From NCBI GenBank assembly GCA_963785235.1, contig CAWAUM010000012.1, positions 192,001 through 256,000 on the forward strand: a DNA stretch of 64,000 nt, written 5' to 3'. This DNA comes from an uncultured delta proteobacterium (GTDB lineage Bacteria > Desulfobacterota > Desulfomonilia > UBA1062). The translations under genes were made by a program, and so were the position numbers. The notes under the pieces are model-generated. The model ran no database searches, was not told where the DNA came from, and saw only the letters and a program-made list of their open reading frames with translations. Of the stretch, positions 1 through 10,553 are shown piece by piece. Positions within the stretch are counted from its first letter, which is position 1, and each line of letters opens with the position of its first letter.

Positions 1-342
1 CTGGATAAAAGGCTCCAGGACAGGCAGGGTGCGCTCGATAAAGGCCTTCAGGGCGGCGTTCATGGTGTAGTGGTATAAAGGAGTAGCATATATGGCTATA
101 TCGGATTCAATAAACTTGGGGAAGAGCTCTTCGGCCATATCATCCCTGTGGACACACCTGCCTGGTGACTTGGTCCAGCAGTTGAAACACCCCGCACAGT
201 TCTTTATCTTCTTGTTTCTCAGGTGCACGACTTCAACCTGTGCACCTGCCTTCTCCATGCCTGCCACAAGATGACTCAACATGAGCTCTGTCTTGCTCTG
301 TCCTTTGATCCTGGGACTGGAATTCAATGCAAGTACCTTCAT
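1..342 (-). CDS. Flavodoxin-like iron-sulfur flavoprotein / NADPH-dependent FMN reductase family (5' part; runs off the window edge)
   Basis: Manual translation of the minus strand: MKVLALNSSPRIKGQSKTELML...IKNCAGCFNCW...C...DDM...YATPLYHY, with CxxCxxC; GGAGG RBS upstream. Not in the ORF track because it is truncated. Confidence 0.85.
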   Translation of the reverse strand, partial: MKVLALNSSPRIKGQSKTELMLSHLVAGMEKAGAQVEVVHLRNKKIKNCAGCFNCWTKSPGRCVHRDDMAEELFPKFIESDIAIYATPLYHYTMNAALKAFIERTLPVLEPFIQ

Positions 343-467
343 GACATCCTCCTTGGTACAACATTCCCATTAGTAAACGGGCTTTTAACCTACCTGTCAA
401 AGGTATCTTTTTCCTTGCTTATTGACAAGAGGATTGATGCCGGGAGGAAAAAGTGCGTGACTGGTGA

Positions 468-530
468 CTAAACCCTGGTTTTGCATTTAAGGGGCGTAAA
501 ATTTTCATCCGTTCAAAAAATAATTCCATG
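468..530 (-). repeat. Degenerate copy of the intergenic repeat family, hairpin deleted
   Basis: Reverse complement ggaattattttttgaacggatgaaaattttacgccccttaaatgcaaaaccagggtt matches the flanks of the 17494-17641 copy (ggagttgttttttcaaa...cggatcaggtttctatgccccttaaacgtaaactcagggtt). Confidence 0.6.
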
Positions 531-643
531 GTCACTAAAAGTTTATGCTTAAGGCTACCTGATGTGCATAGTAATATCTCTGGGTATATTCAGTTGAAAA
601 ATCCGAGCGAAAGAAGTGAGATTCTTCCCTGTGCCGCCTGGTC

Positions 644-1927
644 TTATTCCAGATATGTCTTGAGTTCTTCCATGCGGATCTTCACCTGCTCCTTGATGGA
701 GACAATCTGCTCCTGATTGATCTCAAGGGCTGCAGTGGCCCGAATCGTTTCCGGGTCAATACCTTCCTCGTTAGGTATTCCATACCCCATGGACTTCACA
801 AGCACATTGGCAAGCTGCACCACAAGGAGTTCATTACCTGGTTCCGGTATATCTCCCAGATCATCATGGAGCTGGGCCACCTTAATGAAGATACTCGGGA
901 ATGCCCACCTTTTCAGGAGCACCGACCCTGTTTTCCCATGATGGGCCTCGATGGAATTTTTTACCTCATTGATATCCATACTTCTTTCATTTCTCTCATT
1001 CTTTTCCATCTCGCCCATAACCCGAAGGAGCATGAGCTTGCCGATGTCATGGAGCAGGCCTAAGGCGAATGGATCATCGCCGAGTTTAAGGCCCTTGGTC
1101 TCGATAATCACCTGGCATGCGTGGGCGCACGAGAGTGCATGCTCCCATAATACCTCCATGACCTCCGCATACTTCGGGTTGGTCCCCAGATAGAGAGACC
1201 TGTTGGAGATTGCATCCACTGTCTGTTTCGTTACGATAAGCCCCAGCCTGCTGACAGCCTGCTCTACGCTGATGTTAGCGGTGATGCCGCGATAATAGGA
1301 TGAGTTGGAAATGCTGATGATCTTTGATGAGATAGCCGGATCTTTCCGCAAGAGATCACCGATCTCCTGTAAATCAGCTCCCGATTTTATCAGGGCATAA
1401 AACTTGGTCTGTATGCGAGGCATGGGTGGAAGCTCGATCTCGCCTCTATTAAACCGGGCAATAATCTTGGTAAGCGGGTTTTTCTTTTCAGGTCCCGAAA
1501 AATTTTCCGTGGAGTCTGCATTTCCTTCCGGTTGCTTCGTGAGGCCACTGTCTACAAGCTTCTTGATCACGGTCTGTTTGTCAAAAGGCTTCATGATGTA
1601 ATCATTGCACCCAGACTTGATGCATGTAAGGATCGTATCTTTTTCAGATGATCCAGTTACCATCATAATCCTGACCTGACCCTCTTTGGGAGTTCCGTCT
1701 TCCTTCTCCAGGGTGCGGATCCTACCCAGCACCTCGGTGCCGTCCATTTCCGGCATGGAGATATCCAGCGTGATCAGATCATATTGCTTGCCGTCAATTC
1801 GGGCATCCAAGAAGGCCTTCAGCGCGTCCTGTCCGCTCTCCACCTCATCACACTCACCCAGAGAACTCATAATATGCTTCATCTTTTCCCGACTGACAAG
1901 CTCATCATCAACGACAAGGATCTTCAT
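644..1927 (-). CDS. Response regulator, REC + HDOD domain
   Basis: MKILVVDD...LDISMPEMDG...KPF receiver, then LPPMP...KDPAISSKII...ALGLLHDIGK HDOD; GGAGG RBS before ATG 1927. Confidence 0.9.
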   Translation of the reverse strand: MKILVVDDELVSREKMKHIMSSLGECDEVESGQDALKAFLDARIDGKQYDLITLDISMPEMDGTEVLGRIRTLEKEDGTPKEGQVRIMMVTGSSEKDTILTCIKSGCNDYIMKPFDKQTVIKKLVDSGLTKQPEGNADSTENFSGPEKKNPLTKIIARFNRGEIELPPMPRIQTKFYALIKSGADLQEIGDLLRKDPAISSKIISISNSSYYRGITANISVEQAVSRLGLIVTKQTVDAISNRSLYLGTNPKYAEVMEVLWEHALSCAHACQVIIETKGLKLGDDPFALGLLHDIGKLMLLRVMGEMEKNERNERSMDINEVKNSIEAHHGKTGSVLLKRWAFPSIFIKVAQLHDDLGDIPEPGNELLVVQLANVLVKSMGYGIPNEEGIDPETIRATAALEINQEQIVSIKEQVKIRMEELKTYLE

Positions 1928-2012
1928 TAGTCCTCCCGTCCTGACAGGGCAATCCATCCTGAAAAGCTGATTCGGTTTTCTTTATTGTCTTTGTTGTCTT
2001 TCGTAAACATAT

Positions 2013-5000
2013 CTATAACCTGCCTGCAAACGTCTCAAGCCTTAAAAATTCTTGTTCGAGCCGGCCGAGCACATCCATTGAACCATCGTTTGTACCGGTT
2101 TTTGCCATCTTCTCAAGACCCAGGGCGATTTGAGAAAGATCCATGGCTGTCAGGTTGGCAGCCCCACCCTTAATGGAATGGGCCTCTGACCTTACGATCT
2201 CCATATCTCCTTCACTGATGGCCTTCCTTATTCTGTTGATCTGTCCTCGCACAATGCCAATAAATCCATTGATGAGTTTCATGAGGAGCACCCTGTCCCC
2301 ATCAAATTCATCCAGGGCTCGATTGATTTCCAACGGTGGATTTGCTTCATCTGTTGATGAACCTATATGTCGCATGGTATTTTTATCGCTTATCTTGTGC
2401 GCTGCCTCTACAATACTGCTTGCCGGTAACCACTTCTTGACTATAGCAATCAGGTCGTCACGAAATACAGGCTTCGTAATGAAGTCGTCCATACCCGCAT
2501 CAAGGCATCTCTCACGAAATCCCTCAATGGCATGTCCGGTCATGGCAATAATGGGGATATGTCCTGAGGACCTGTGAATTCCATCGCCTAAGAGCCTCTC
2601 CTCGATTTCCCGTATGGCTTTTGTTGCGGTAAAGCCGTCCATATGAGGCATCTCAATATCCATAATGATCAGGTCGTAGCTTGATCGCTTGTATGCATCC
2701 AGGGCCTGCTGTCCATCATCGGCTATATCCACTAAAAAGCCTGCCTTGGTAAGATGCCTGTTTGCCACCTGCTGATTCGTAGGATAATCATCTGCTAATA
2801 AAATATGCATTCTGCAGGGTCTGTTCTCTTCAGCCAGGGTATATCGAGTTATCAGTTTGCCGGAAGGTATTGCAGGGCCTATATCCCCCTGTTTCAGTAT
2901 GGCAGTGATGGCTCTATGGAGTTCTTCGTTCCGAACCGGTTTGGGCAGATACCCCTGGATGCCGGACTGGGAGCATCTTAATCCATCTCCAATGCTGCCG
3001 GACGGGGTAAGCATAATAATGGGGATGCCCTTGAACGTCTCTTCAGCCCTGATTTGAGCGGCCAGCGCGAATCCATCCATGACTGGCATATGAAAATCAG
3101 TGATTACAAGCTTGATCTGCCCGCCGGATATGTTTTTGTCTTTCAGAATATCCAGGGCCTCCAAAGCGGATGTTGCTTCCAGGGGAATACAGCCCCAGGC
3201 CTTGAGATAAGATGCAAAGGTCGAGCGGGCTGATATATTGTCGTCTACAACAAGCACCTTTATACCCGTGAGATCTACACCTTCGGTCACAGGAAGCATA
3301 TCTGGTTCATCCTGGTGTGTAAAGACCACGGTGAACCAGAAGGCGCTCCCTTCTCCGGGTTTGCTCTCAACGCCTATCTGCCCGTCCATCAAGGAGGTTA
3401 GACGCTTTGATATGGAGAGTCCCAATCCGGTGCCTCCATATTTGCGGGTCGTGGATGAATCTGCCTGGGTGAAGCTCTCGAAGATTGTCCCCTGCTTGTT
3501 ATAGGGAATGCCTATGCCCGTGTCTTTCACAAGAAACCGCGCCCTGGTTTTGGTGCCCATGCCTTCAAGATACTCCACCTTGAGGAGTATCTCACCTTTG
3601 TCTGTGAACTTCAGGGCATTGCTCAACAGGTTGGTCAGGATCTGCCTGAGCCTGCCGGGATCCCCCACGAGCCGGGTCGGCATTTCAGGTGAAACATACA
3701 TGATGAGTTCCAGGTCTTTCTTTTTAGCCATCACGGCAAAGCTGCATGAGATGTCTTCCATGAGGCCCTTGAGGTCAAAGGGTATGTTTTCAATCTCAAG
3801 CTTGTGGGATTCAAGTTTTGAGAAATCCAGAATATCATTGATGAGTCCCAGCAGATTTTCCGACTCACGGTAAACCGTAGTCATAATCTCCCGCTGCTCG
3901 GCAGTAAGATTGGTATCCAAGGCTATCTCCGTCATCCCGATGACGCCGTTCAAAGGGGTGCGGATCTCATGGCTCATGTGGGCAAGGAACTCGCTCTTGG
4001 CCCTGTTCTGGGCCTCGGCCTTGATCATGGTCTTGTGAAGCTCTTGGGCCTCTTTCCGATGGGTGATATCCCGCAACACCCCCCTGAACCCAACGGGCTG
4101 TCCTTTTGAATCCCTCATGAGGCTGATGGAGCCCTCTATAGGCCTTTTCTCCCCATTCTTCTGAATCAGTTCCCAATCAAATCCCTTGTCAGGGTTTCCT
4201 GTTTTATAAACCGTATTGAACACCGCGAATACCCGCCTGGCTGTTTCCTTATCCATTAACTTACGATAGGAACTGCCAATAACCTCAGCCCTGGGGAAGC
4301 CGCAGATTCTGCACATTGAATCGTTCACGAAGGATAAGTTCCCCATGAGATCAACCTCAAAATAGGCTTCCTCGATGCTTTCTAGGATGCTCCGGTACTT
4401 CTCCTCACTCCTTCTCAGAGCCTTTTCCGTGCGCAGCCGGTCGGTAATGTCACGCGCAGAGCCACGCACACCGATAGGCCCCGACCCGCCGTATACAAGC
4501 GAATTTTTATATTCCAGGACACGCTCTTGCCCATCTCTTGTCCGCACCTTGACAAGGCCCTCATCCTTTCCTTTTTCAAGAACCCTTGCCATATAAACCT
4601 GGTAAAGATCCCTGTGCCGCTCAACAATGAGGTCCCTAAGCTTCGCTCTAGTCTGCTTGTCATCAAGGATCGCCCAGTCTTCCCTCACTTTTATATTGCA
4701 CTCGTTGAAATCAAAAATGCCATCGAGATCGTGAAAGAAAAGATAATCGGATACATTGTCAAATATATCCCGGAACCGCTCCTCGCTGGCCAGAAACGCC
4801 TCATCGGCACTTTTCCTCTCTGATATGTCGCGGGAAATACCTCGGAAACCTATCGGATTACCGGCCGAATCCCGGATAAGGGATATCGTGGACTCAAGCG
4901 GGACCAGGGAGCCGTCCTTTCTTATGATTTCCCATTCCAGCCCTTTGTGAGGCTTCCCTGTAGTCAGTACTCTTTCATATGCCCTAAACAATTTTTGAGC

Positions 5001-5651
5001 GGTTTGCGCATCAGTATAGGCATGATAATTTAACCCCATGATCTCTTCCGGGGAGTATCCTGAGAACTCGGCAACCTTGTAGTTGAAGAAAACCATATTC
5101 CCTAAGAGGTCCAGCTCATAATAACTGTCTTCAATGCTGTCGAGTATTGTCCTGTATCTCTCTTCGCTCTTTTGCAGCTCTTTAAGACCCCGGTAACGTT
5201 CGCTTATATCCTGGACAATAACCTGCACCATGGACGTCCCTTTCTCGTTGGGAACGAGCATTGCCTTATATTCCATGATGCCCTCACTGCCATCTGATAA
5301 CTTGACCCTCAGCGTACCTTCTGCCTTTCCATCCCTGGCGATCTTTGCCATGTACTCGTCGTATTCATGCCTGTACCACTCAGGTATGAGGTCACGAATC
5401 CTTAGCCCGGCAAGGTCTTTTTCAGAAAATCCGCCGATATTTTTTCCAACTATATTTACCTCTATGAAACGACCATCCAGGTCATGGAGAACAAAAAGGT
5501 CGGATGTATTATTAAAGATAAACTTATAGCGCACCGAAATCCGGTTGAGTTTTTCCTGTGTTTCCTTCAATTCCCTTTGTATTTCGAGCACATCAATTGT
5601 GCCCTGCTCATGAAGCTTCCCGTTGGAATCTTCATGAAAACCGTCCTTCAT
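2013..5651 (-). CDS. Multi-PAS hybrid sensor histidine kinase (4 PAS, HisKA, HATPase, 2 REC, Hpt)
   Basis: Repeated PAS/PAC units; [16 protein letters not shown]-box; DTGIGI and GGTGLGL G-boxes; two receivers; [10 protein letters not shown] Hpt. Confidence 0.95.
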   Translation of the reverse strand: MKDGFHEDSNGKLHEQGTIDVLEIQRELKETQEKLNRISVRYKFIFNNTSDLFVLHDLDGRFIEVNIVGKNIGGFSEKDLAGLRIRDLIPEWYRHEYDEYMAKIARDGKAEGTLRVKLSDGSEGIMEYKAMLVPNEKGTSMVQVIVQDISERYRGLKELQKSEERYRTILDSIEDSYYELDLLGNMVFFNYKVAEFSGYSPEEIMGLNYHAYTDAQTAQKLFRAYERVLTTGKPHKGLEWEIIRKDGSLVPLESTISLIRDSAGNPIGFRGISRDISERKSADEAFLASEERFRDIFDNVSDYLFFHDLDGIFDFNECNIKVREDWAILDDKQTRAKLRDLIVERHRDLYQVYMARVLEKGKDEGLVKVRTRDGQERVLEYKNSLVYGGSGPIGVRGSARDITDRLRTEKALRRSEEKYRSILESIEEAYFEVDLMGNLSFVNDSMCRICGFPRAEVIGSSYRKLMDKETARRVFAVFNTVYKTGNPDKGFDWELIQKNGEKRPIEGSISLMRDSKGQPVGFRGVLRDITHRKEAQELHKTMIKAEAQNRAKSEFLAHMSHEIRTPLNGVIGMTEIALDTNLTAEQREIMTTVYRESENLLGLINDILDFSKLESHKLEIENIPFDLKGLMEDISCSFAVMAKKKDLELIMYVSPEMPTRLVGDPGRLRQILTNLLSNALKFTDKGEILLKVEYLEGMGTKTRARFLVKDTGIGIPYNKQGTIFESFTQADSSTTRKYGGTGLGLSISKRLTSLMDGQIGVESKPGEGSAFWFTVVFTHQDEPDMLPVTEGVDLTGIKVLVVDDNISARSTFASYLKAWGCIPLEATSALEALDILKDKNISGGQIKLVITDFHMPVMDGFALAAQIRAEETFKGIPIIMLTPSGSIGDGLRCSQSGIQGYLPKPVRNEELHRAITAILKQGDIGPAIPSGKLITRYTLAEENRPCRMHILLADDYPTNQQVANRHLTKAGFLVDIADDGQQALDAYKRSSYDLIIMDIEMPHMDGFTATKAIREIEERLLGDGIHRSSGHIPIIAMTGHAIEGFRERCLDAGMDDFITKPVFRDDLIAIVKKWLPASSIVEAAHKISDKNTMRHIGSSTDEANPPLEINRALDEFDGDRVLLMKLINGFIGIVRGQINRIRKAISEGDMEIVRSEAHSIKGGAANLTAMDLSQIALGLEKMAKTGTNDGSMDVLGRLEQEFLRLETFAGRL

Positions 5652-5990
5652 CCCCTACTCCTTATTATACAAGCAAAGCTCCCTTTCCCTCCCTATCGGA
5701 ATTTAAATTATAAAAAATTAGGTTCAGAGCCAGTCCTTTGTGGAAACCAGTCCGCCTTCGTGACCGCTGGGATTCTAGGAAGGTCAAAGCTGGTTCATGA
5801 GCGGATTGCTTATGTTAAAACCAGGTTCGCGTTTGGATGTACCCATAAATACTCAATGAACTTCGGGTGGTCTTAAACATGAAAATTATTGTATTGTGGT
5901 AATGTTTTAAAAACCCAGGCCTGTTACAATCCTTCATGGAATAAGAGTTCTATAGCTTTTCTAAAAGCCCTGCTGACTATACGGACACGA

Positions 5991-6482
5991 TCACAGATCG
6001 TAGAGTGTATCGTCCACCTTGGGTTTGGAACCCTTCTTTCCCCCCTTGGATTTCTGCTCCATCATGAAGGGGTCTTCTCCCTCCAGCAGATCACCCATCT
6101 CGGCCTCGATCTTTTCAGGGTCCTCACCGCGCTCCATCCTTGCCAGGGCCTCCTCCATACCGGAGCCCATCTTCAGGCCAGTCGCATCCGTGAGCTTTCG
6201 CATAAGCAAGGCGGCCTGCTTGGGATCGTCTTCCTTAAGGCCCGCTGCTTCACTTGCAAGCATGGACATGGCCTTTTCCATCCTGGCTTCATCGAATTGC
6301 GGCATTTCACCTTGGGCCTCCTCTCCCTTTCTGCCTGATATGGCAGCGAAAATCGAGACCTTGCGTTTGAGTTTGACATTCCTGCATTTCGGGCATTTGG
6401 GTTTCTTGTCTGTATTGATAGTCCTTGAAAAAAAATTATATATGGTGTCGCACTTGCTGCAGTAGAACTCATAGATCGGCAT
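5991..6482 (-). CDS. FmdB family zinc-ribbon regulatory protein
   Basis: MPIYEFYCSKC...CPKC N-terminal motif. Confidence 0.85.
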   Translation of the reverse strand: MPIYEFYCSKCDTIYNFFSRTINTDKKPKCPKCRNVKLKRKVSIFAAISGRKGEEAQGEMPQFDEARMEKAMSMLASEAAGLKEDDPKQAALLMRKLTDATGLKMGSGMEEALARMERGEDPEKIEAEMGDLLEGEDPFMMEQKSKGGKKGSKPKVDDTLYDL

Positions 6483-6576
6483 TGATACTCCTTACAAAAT
6501 GGGGATTCCGACCCTCATATGAAATGAATCTGCATAAGAAATCAAGTCCGAAGATCCATCCGGGCTGCGTCTTTCC

Positions 6577-6605
6577 TTGACAATACGGGCATAGAGGTCT
6601 ATATA
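6577..6605 (+). promoter_or_regulatory. Putative sigma70 promoter for the helicase gene
   Basis: TTGACA-N17-TATATA about 80 bp upstream of ATG 6687. Confidence 0.5.
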
Positions 6606-6686
6606 TATGTCAATCAGGCATGTCATTCATGAAATCAGGGCCACATTTTCGAAACAATAAACGAATAACCATTCCGAGGAGTATTC

Positions 6687-7916
6687 ATGCACTTTGCTGA
6701 ATTACCAATTGACGAGCGAATTCTGCTCGGCATCAATGATGCGGGTTTTACCTCATGCACGCCTGTACAGGCCTCCACCTTCGAACACAGCCTCATGGGC
6801 AAGGACGTATGTGCCCAGTCGCAGACCGGCACTGGAAAGACCGCTGCATTTCTCATAACGATCTTCCAGAATCTCAAAGCTCAAAGCGGCCGTAAGGCCA
6901 TGATCATCGTACCCACCAGGGAGCTTGCCGCCCAGGTGGAGGAAGAGGCCGCGCTGCTGGGCTCTCATCTCGATTACAAGGTAGCCTGCATTTACGGCGG
7001 CGTTGGATATAAGAGCCAGGAACAGCAGCTCAAGCAGGGGGCGAACATCATCGTGGGCACCCCGGGCAGGATCATGGACCTCAACCGATCAGGGAAGCTG
7101 AGCTATAAGGACATCGCCATCCTTGTCATCGACGAGGCGGACCGCCTATTCGACATGGGATTCATCACAGACCTGAGGAAGATGCTCCGGTCCATGCCGC
7201 CTGTGCATAAACGCCAGACCATGCTCTTTTCCGCGACACTGAGCTTCCTGGTAAAGGAGCTTGCCTGGCAGTATATGAACAACCCTGTAGAGGTGGAAAT
7301 AGCCGCGGAGCACCTCACTGTGGACACGGTGATCCAGGAGCTCTACCACGTGGGCAACGATGAAAAAATGAGCCTCCTCCTGGGCATCCTCGCCAGGGAA
7401 AATCCCAAGAACTGCCTTATCTTCTCCAATATGAAGCACACCGCCGAAGATGTCTCCAGGCGCCTCAACCTGAATGGATTCAAATGTGAGTACATCACCG
7501 GCGATCTCCCGCAGAAAAAACGGCTCGAAGTCATCGACGGCATGAAGAGCGGCAGAATCCCTCTGCTCGTAGCCACGAATGTGGCAGCCAGAGGACTGCA
7601 CGTAGACGATCTCGACCTGGTGATTAACTATGACATCCCTGAAGACTGCGAGGATTATGTCCACCGTATCGGGCGCACCGCCAGGGTTGGGAAGGAAGGC
7701 AAGGCCATATCACTCGTATGTGAAGATTACGTCCATGCACTTGATTCGATAGAAAAATACCTCGGCATGAAGATACCCGTCATCTGGCCGGAAGAGTCCT
7801 TGTTTGCAGCGGATAAGAGCAAGCGCGCACGGCAGCACGGCAGGGATTCAAGGGGGAAAGGCGGGTTCAGGGGAAAGAGACCTTCGCCTACCCAGCGCCA
7901 CGCCCATCATAGGTGA
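6687..7916 (+). CDS. DEAD-box RNA helicase (RhlB/RhlE-like)
   Basis: Q motif, QTGTGKT, PTRELA, TPGR, DEAD, SAT, ARGL, HRIGRTAR. Confidence 0.95.
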   Translation: MHFAELPIDERILLGINDAGFTSCTPVQASTFEHSLMGKDVCAQSQTGTGKTAAFLITIFQNLKAQSGRKAMIIVPTRELAAQVEEEAALLGSHLDYKVACIYGGVGYKSQEQQLKQGANIIVGTPGRIMDLNRSGKLSYKDIAILVIDEADRLFDMGFITDLRKMLRSMPPVHKRQTMLFSATLSFLVKELAWQYMNNPVEVEIAAEHLTVDTVIQELYHVGNDEKMSLLLGILARENPKNCLIFSNMKHTAEDVSRRLNLNGFKCEYITGDLPQKKRLEVIDGMKSGRIPLLVATNVAARGLHVDDLDLVINYDIPEDCEDYVHRIGRTARVGKEGKAISLVCEDYVHALDSIEKYLGMKIPVIWPEESLFAADKSKRARQHGRDSRGKGGFRGKRPSPTQRHAHHR

Positions 7917-8063
7917 TGGAATTGCTTTTTTAAAACAGGTCCGTTAAAATCAGTCATCTTGCAGCCTTTAAGGACCGGGAAAATTAGCATTCTCCTAAGG
8001 CTGCAAGATGACTGATTTTAACGGATTAGGTTTTTACCCATCCTAACCACAATATCCGGGTTT
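7914..8063 (+). repeat. Intergenic hairpin repeat element (copy A)
   Basis: Perfect 29-bp inverted repeat 7940-7968 / 7997-8025; flanks and loop homologous to 17494-17641. Confidence 0.85.
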
Positions 8064-8102
8064 AACCCTGTCCCTATTTCCTCCGAACACCCTTCTCCAT
8101 GC

Positions 8103-9317
8103 TCATCCCCTGGCAAACACCATGGACGCAAAGGTTACAGCACTGTTCGTTGCCGGCTCGTCATAGGTGCCGTGGTGGAGAAGCTCTGCCTTGCAACTGC
8201 CTATGAGCAATGAAAAGAGCATCATGGATGAGAGCCCGCAGACATTGAACTGGTCATTCGTTTCCCTGGCGTTTTGAAAGATGTCCTCGGCCCGGGCGTC
8301 TATAAGGTTCTCGATGATACGTCTGTCATTGGCAACAGCACGCTCTATGAGTGAACCGGCAGGCAGGGAATGCCCGAATTTGTACCCCACATGGGAAAAA
8401 TCCACGCCAGACACAAAGAGCACATTGCGGCCGCTTTGTTTGATGATGCGTAGGATGCCGTCCCTGAAGGCGATAAAACGCTCATCGCAAAAAGGGGCTT
8501 TTCCGCTTACCAGGTATTCATGAATGCCCCCGCAGAGTACAGGGACGACTCGAGCGGATGTCCCGAGGTAATGGGCCAGAAACACTGCCTGGAACTCGAT
8601 AGAATGCTCCATCATGTGATCGAAATCATTCCCGGCAACGCTGCCTCCAGGAAGCCCTGCCTTCAATTGGCAGATAAACTCTTTGTCGGTAGTCAGTGTA
8701 CAAAGGGGCGTGACATAATCCTTTTCAGTCAGACAATACGGTTCACCTGTGCCGTGATGATTGATGCCGAGAATGATCACCAGGTCATACTTGCCGCCTT
8801 TTATCCTCCGGTAGGCGTCTACATAGGCCTTTTCTGCTGCGGCTATCTCGATATGGGGGGCCAGGATTCCAATAATGTCATGGTCCTGCTCAGGCAGAAC
8901 CGGCAGAGAGGCCTCTACGGAAGCGATATGCGCCCTGAGCCTGTCCGGATCTTTTTCATACGATGTCCCGGCAAGTACGGGCTCGCGGATGTCCTTCCGG
9001 GAAAAGTCTTCCATGGTTGCTGCCTTCTTGAGCCTGAAGGCATCACTCTCAAGGAGAAAGGCCTTATCAAACTGATCAATAAGGGCTTCAACATCGGCAA
9101 TGGGCACAATTGAACCCCCGGTCAAATGCATAAGGGCTGCCTGGATGTCTCGAAGGTCGTGTTGTCCGTCCATCATGCCGAGAAGCGGAGCCACCCGGAT
9201 ATGGAGCGCAAAACCTCCACCGGCAAGCCTCATGGGATCCATGAAGGTGATCATCTGCTGCCCCTCGAATGTCACGGGAACAGCCTGGATGTCTCTCCTC
9301 AAGATAGGATTAGCCAT
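8103..9317 (-). CDS. AmmeMemoRadiSam system protein B (MEMO1 family) with N-terminal extension
   Basis: PVLAGTSY, APH, G.NH, EHSIEFQ, DFSHVG, NVCG motifs; GGAGG RBS before MANPILR. Confidence 0.85.
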   Translation of the reverse strand: MANPILRRDIQAVPVTFEGQQMITFMDPMRLAGGGFALHIRVAPLLGMMDGQHDLRDIQAALMHLTGGSIVPIADVEALIDQFDKAFLLESDAFRLKKAATMEDFSRKDIREPVLAGTSYEKDPDRLRAHIASVEASLPVLPEQDHDIIGILAPHIEIAAAEKAYVDAYRRIKGGKYDLVIILGINHHGTGEPYCLTEKDYVTPLCTLTTDKEFICQLKAGLPGGSVAGNDFDHMMEHSIEFQAVFLAHYLGTSARVVPVLCGGIHEYLVSGKAPFCDERFIAFRDGILRIIKQSGRNVLFVSGVDFSHVGYKFGHSLPAGSLIERAVANDRRIIENLIDARAEDIFQNARETNDQFNVCGLSSMMLFSLLIGSCKAELLHHGTYDEPATNSAVTFASMVFARG

Positions 9318-9386
9318 ACCACCCTCCTTTTCAAGGATAAACGAATCCCCCTTATGCAATCATCTTCTCATGGTCGAATTCTTCTA

Positions 9387-10262
9387 TCAATGCATCTCAT
9401 GGAGCAGACGCCCGAGATGTTCCTTTGTAAAGGTATAGCTGCGGCCGCAGAATTGGCATGAGATGTCAAAGACCTCCTGGCCCTTGATAACCTCTTTCAT
9501 CTGGGACTCGCCGAGTGTTATGAGTGCCTGCTCCACCCTGCCCCGGGAGCACGTGCATCTGAACGAGATCGGCCTGGTCTCGATGATGCGGTGCGGGATC
9601 CCCTCAAACACTGCTGCAAGAAGATCTTCCGGGGTCTTTCCCTCGCGAAGCTGAGTTGTGACCAGCGGCATGTTCTCAAGCCTCCCGGCCAGGGCATCGA
9701 TGAGTGCATCATCAGCAGGGGGGAGCGACTGGATAAGGAAGCCACCCGAAGCGCTCACGATGCCATCGGGCTCCACATAAACCCCCAGGCCCACTGCCGA
9801 GGGTATCTGCTCCGACTCGGTGAGATAAAATGCAATGTCAGAAGCAATCTCCCCGGTGTAGAGCTTTACCACTCCATTATACGGGTCCTTCAACCTCAGG
9901 TCCTTGGTTACGGTGAGCAGGCCCTCCCTTCCCAGGGCGCCTCCCACGTCGAGCTTCCCATTCCTGGGGGGCAGGTCCACCTGTGGCACCTCCACATAGC
10001 CTCGCACCGTGCCGTCACCCTCTGCCTCCACGATGATCTTCTTAAGCGGTCCGTTCCCCGTGAACTTGAGCGCCAGCCTCTGGCCGGGTTCCAGCAATGC
10101 CCCCATAAGCCCGCCTCCGGTGAGCGCCCGGCCCAGGGCGGCCGTGGCAGTGGGATAGGTTCCGTGACGCCGCTGTGCGTCGTTCACCAGGTTCGTGGTA
10201 ATGCATGCAAGACCAAGGATGTTCTTCTCTTCAGAGATGACCCGTACCAGGTAGTCGTTCAT
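9387..10262 (-). CDS. hslO: Hsp33 redox-regulated chaperone
   Basis: ALGRALT, SEQIPSAVGLGV, C-terminal CTCS...CQFC zinc centre. Confidence 0.95.
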   Translation of the reverse strand: MNDYLVRVISEEKNILGLACITTNLVNDAQRRHGTYPTATAALGRALTGGGLMGALLEPGQRLALKFTGNGPLKKIIVEAEGDGTVRGYVEVPQVDLPPRNGKLDVGGALGREGLLTVTKDLRLKDPYNGVVKLYTGEIASDIAFYLTESEQIPSAVGLGVYVEPDGIVSASGGFLIQSLPPADDALIDALAGRLENMPLVTTQLREGKTPEDLLAAVFEGIPHRIIETRPISFRCTCSRGRVEQALITLGESQMKEVIKGQEVFDISCQFCGRSYTFTKEHLGRLLHEMH

Positions 10263-10553
10263 TGATGCCTATTCCTTTCATTCACCATAGGGCGTTGTAC
10301 TGCCTCCTTTCCTTCCTAGGACACGCACCGAAGGTATTCAAGGGTATTCTTGCCCGGTATCGCAGAAGGCAGGGTTTTTATACTTTAACAGCATGGTGTC
10401 ATACACTCACAATCTATTGCAATTGCCCTTTCTGATATTTATATAAACGAAGCGACCGTGAAGTATAGTTTTTGTTGGAATCAGCCCGCCCACCTGCCGA
10501 ACCATTCGGGAGTCTGACATCAATCCAACCTAAGAGACTATACAAAGGAGATT

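Noticed and set aside
5660-5990. Unexplained 330-bp intergenic region as ncRNA or gene relic
   Set aside because: No convincing hairpin, riboswitch motif or protein homology recognisable by eye.
10285-10375. Possible structured leader or RNA thermometer upstream of hslO
   Set aside because: Only short imperfect pairings, and the actual RBS is not clearly sequestered.
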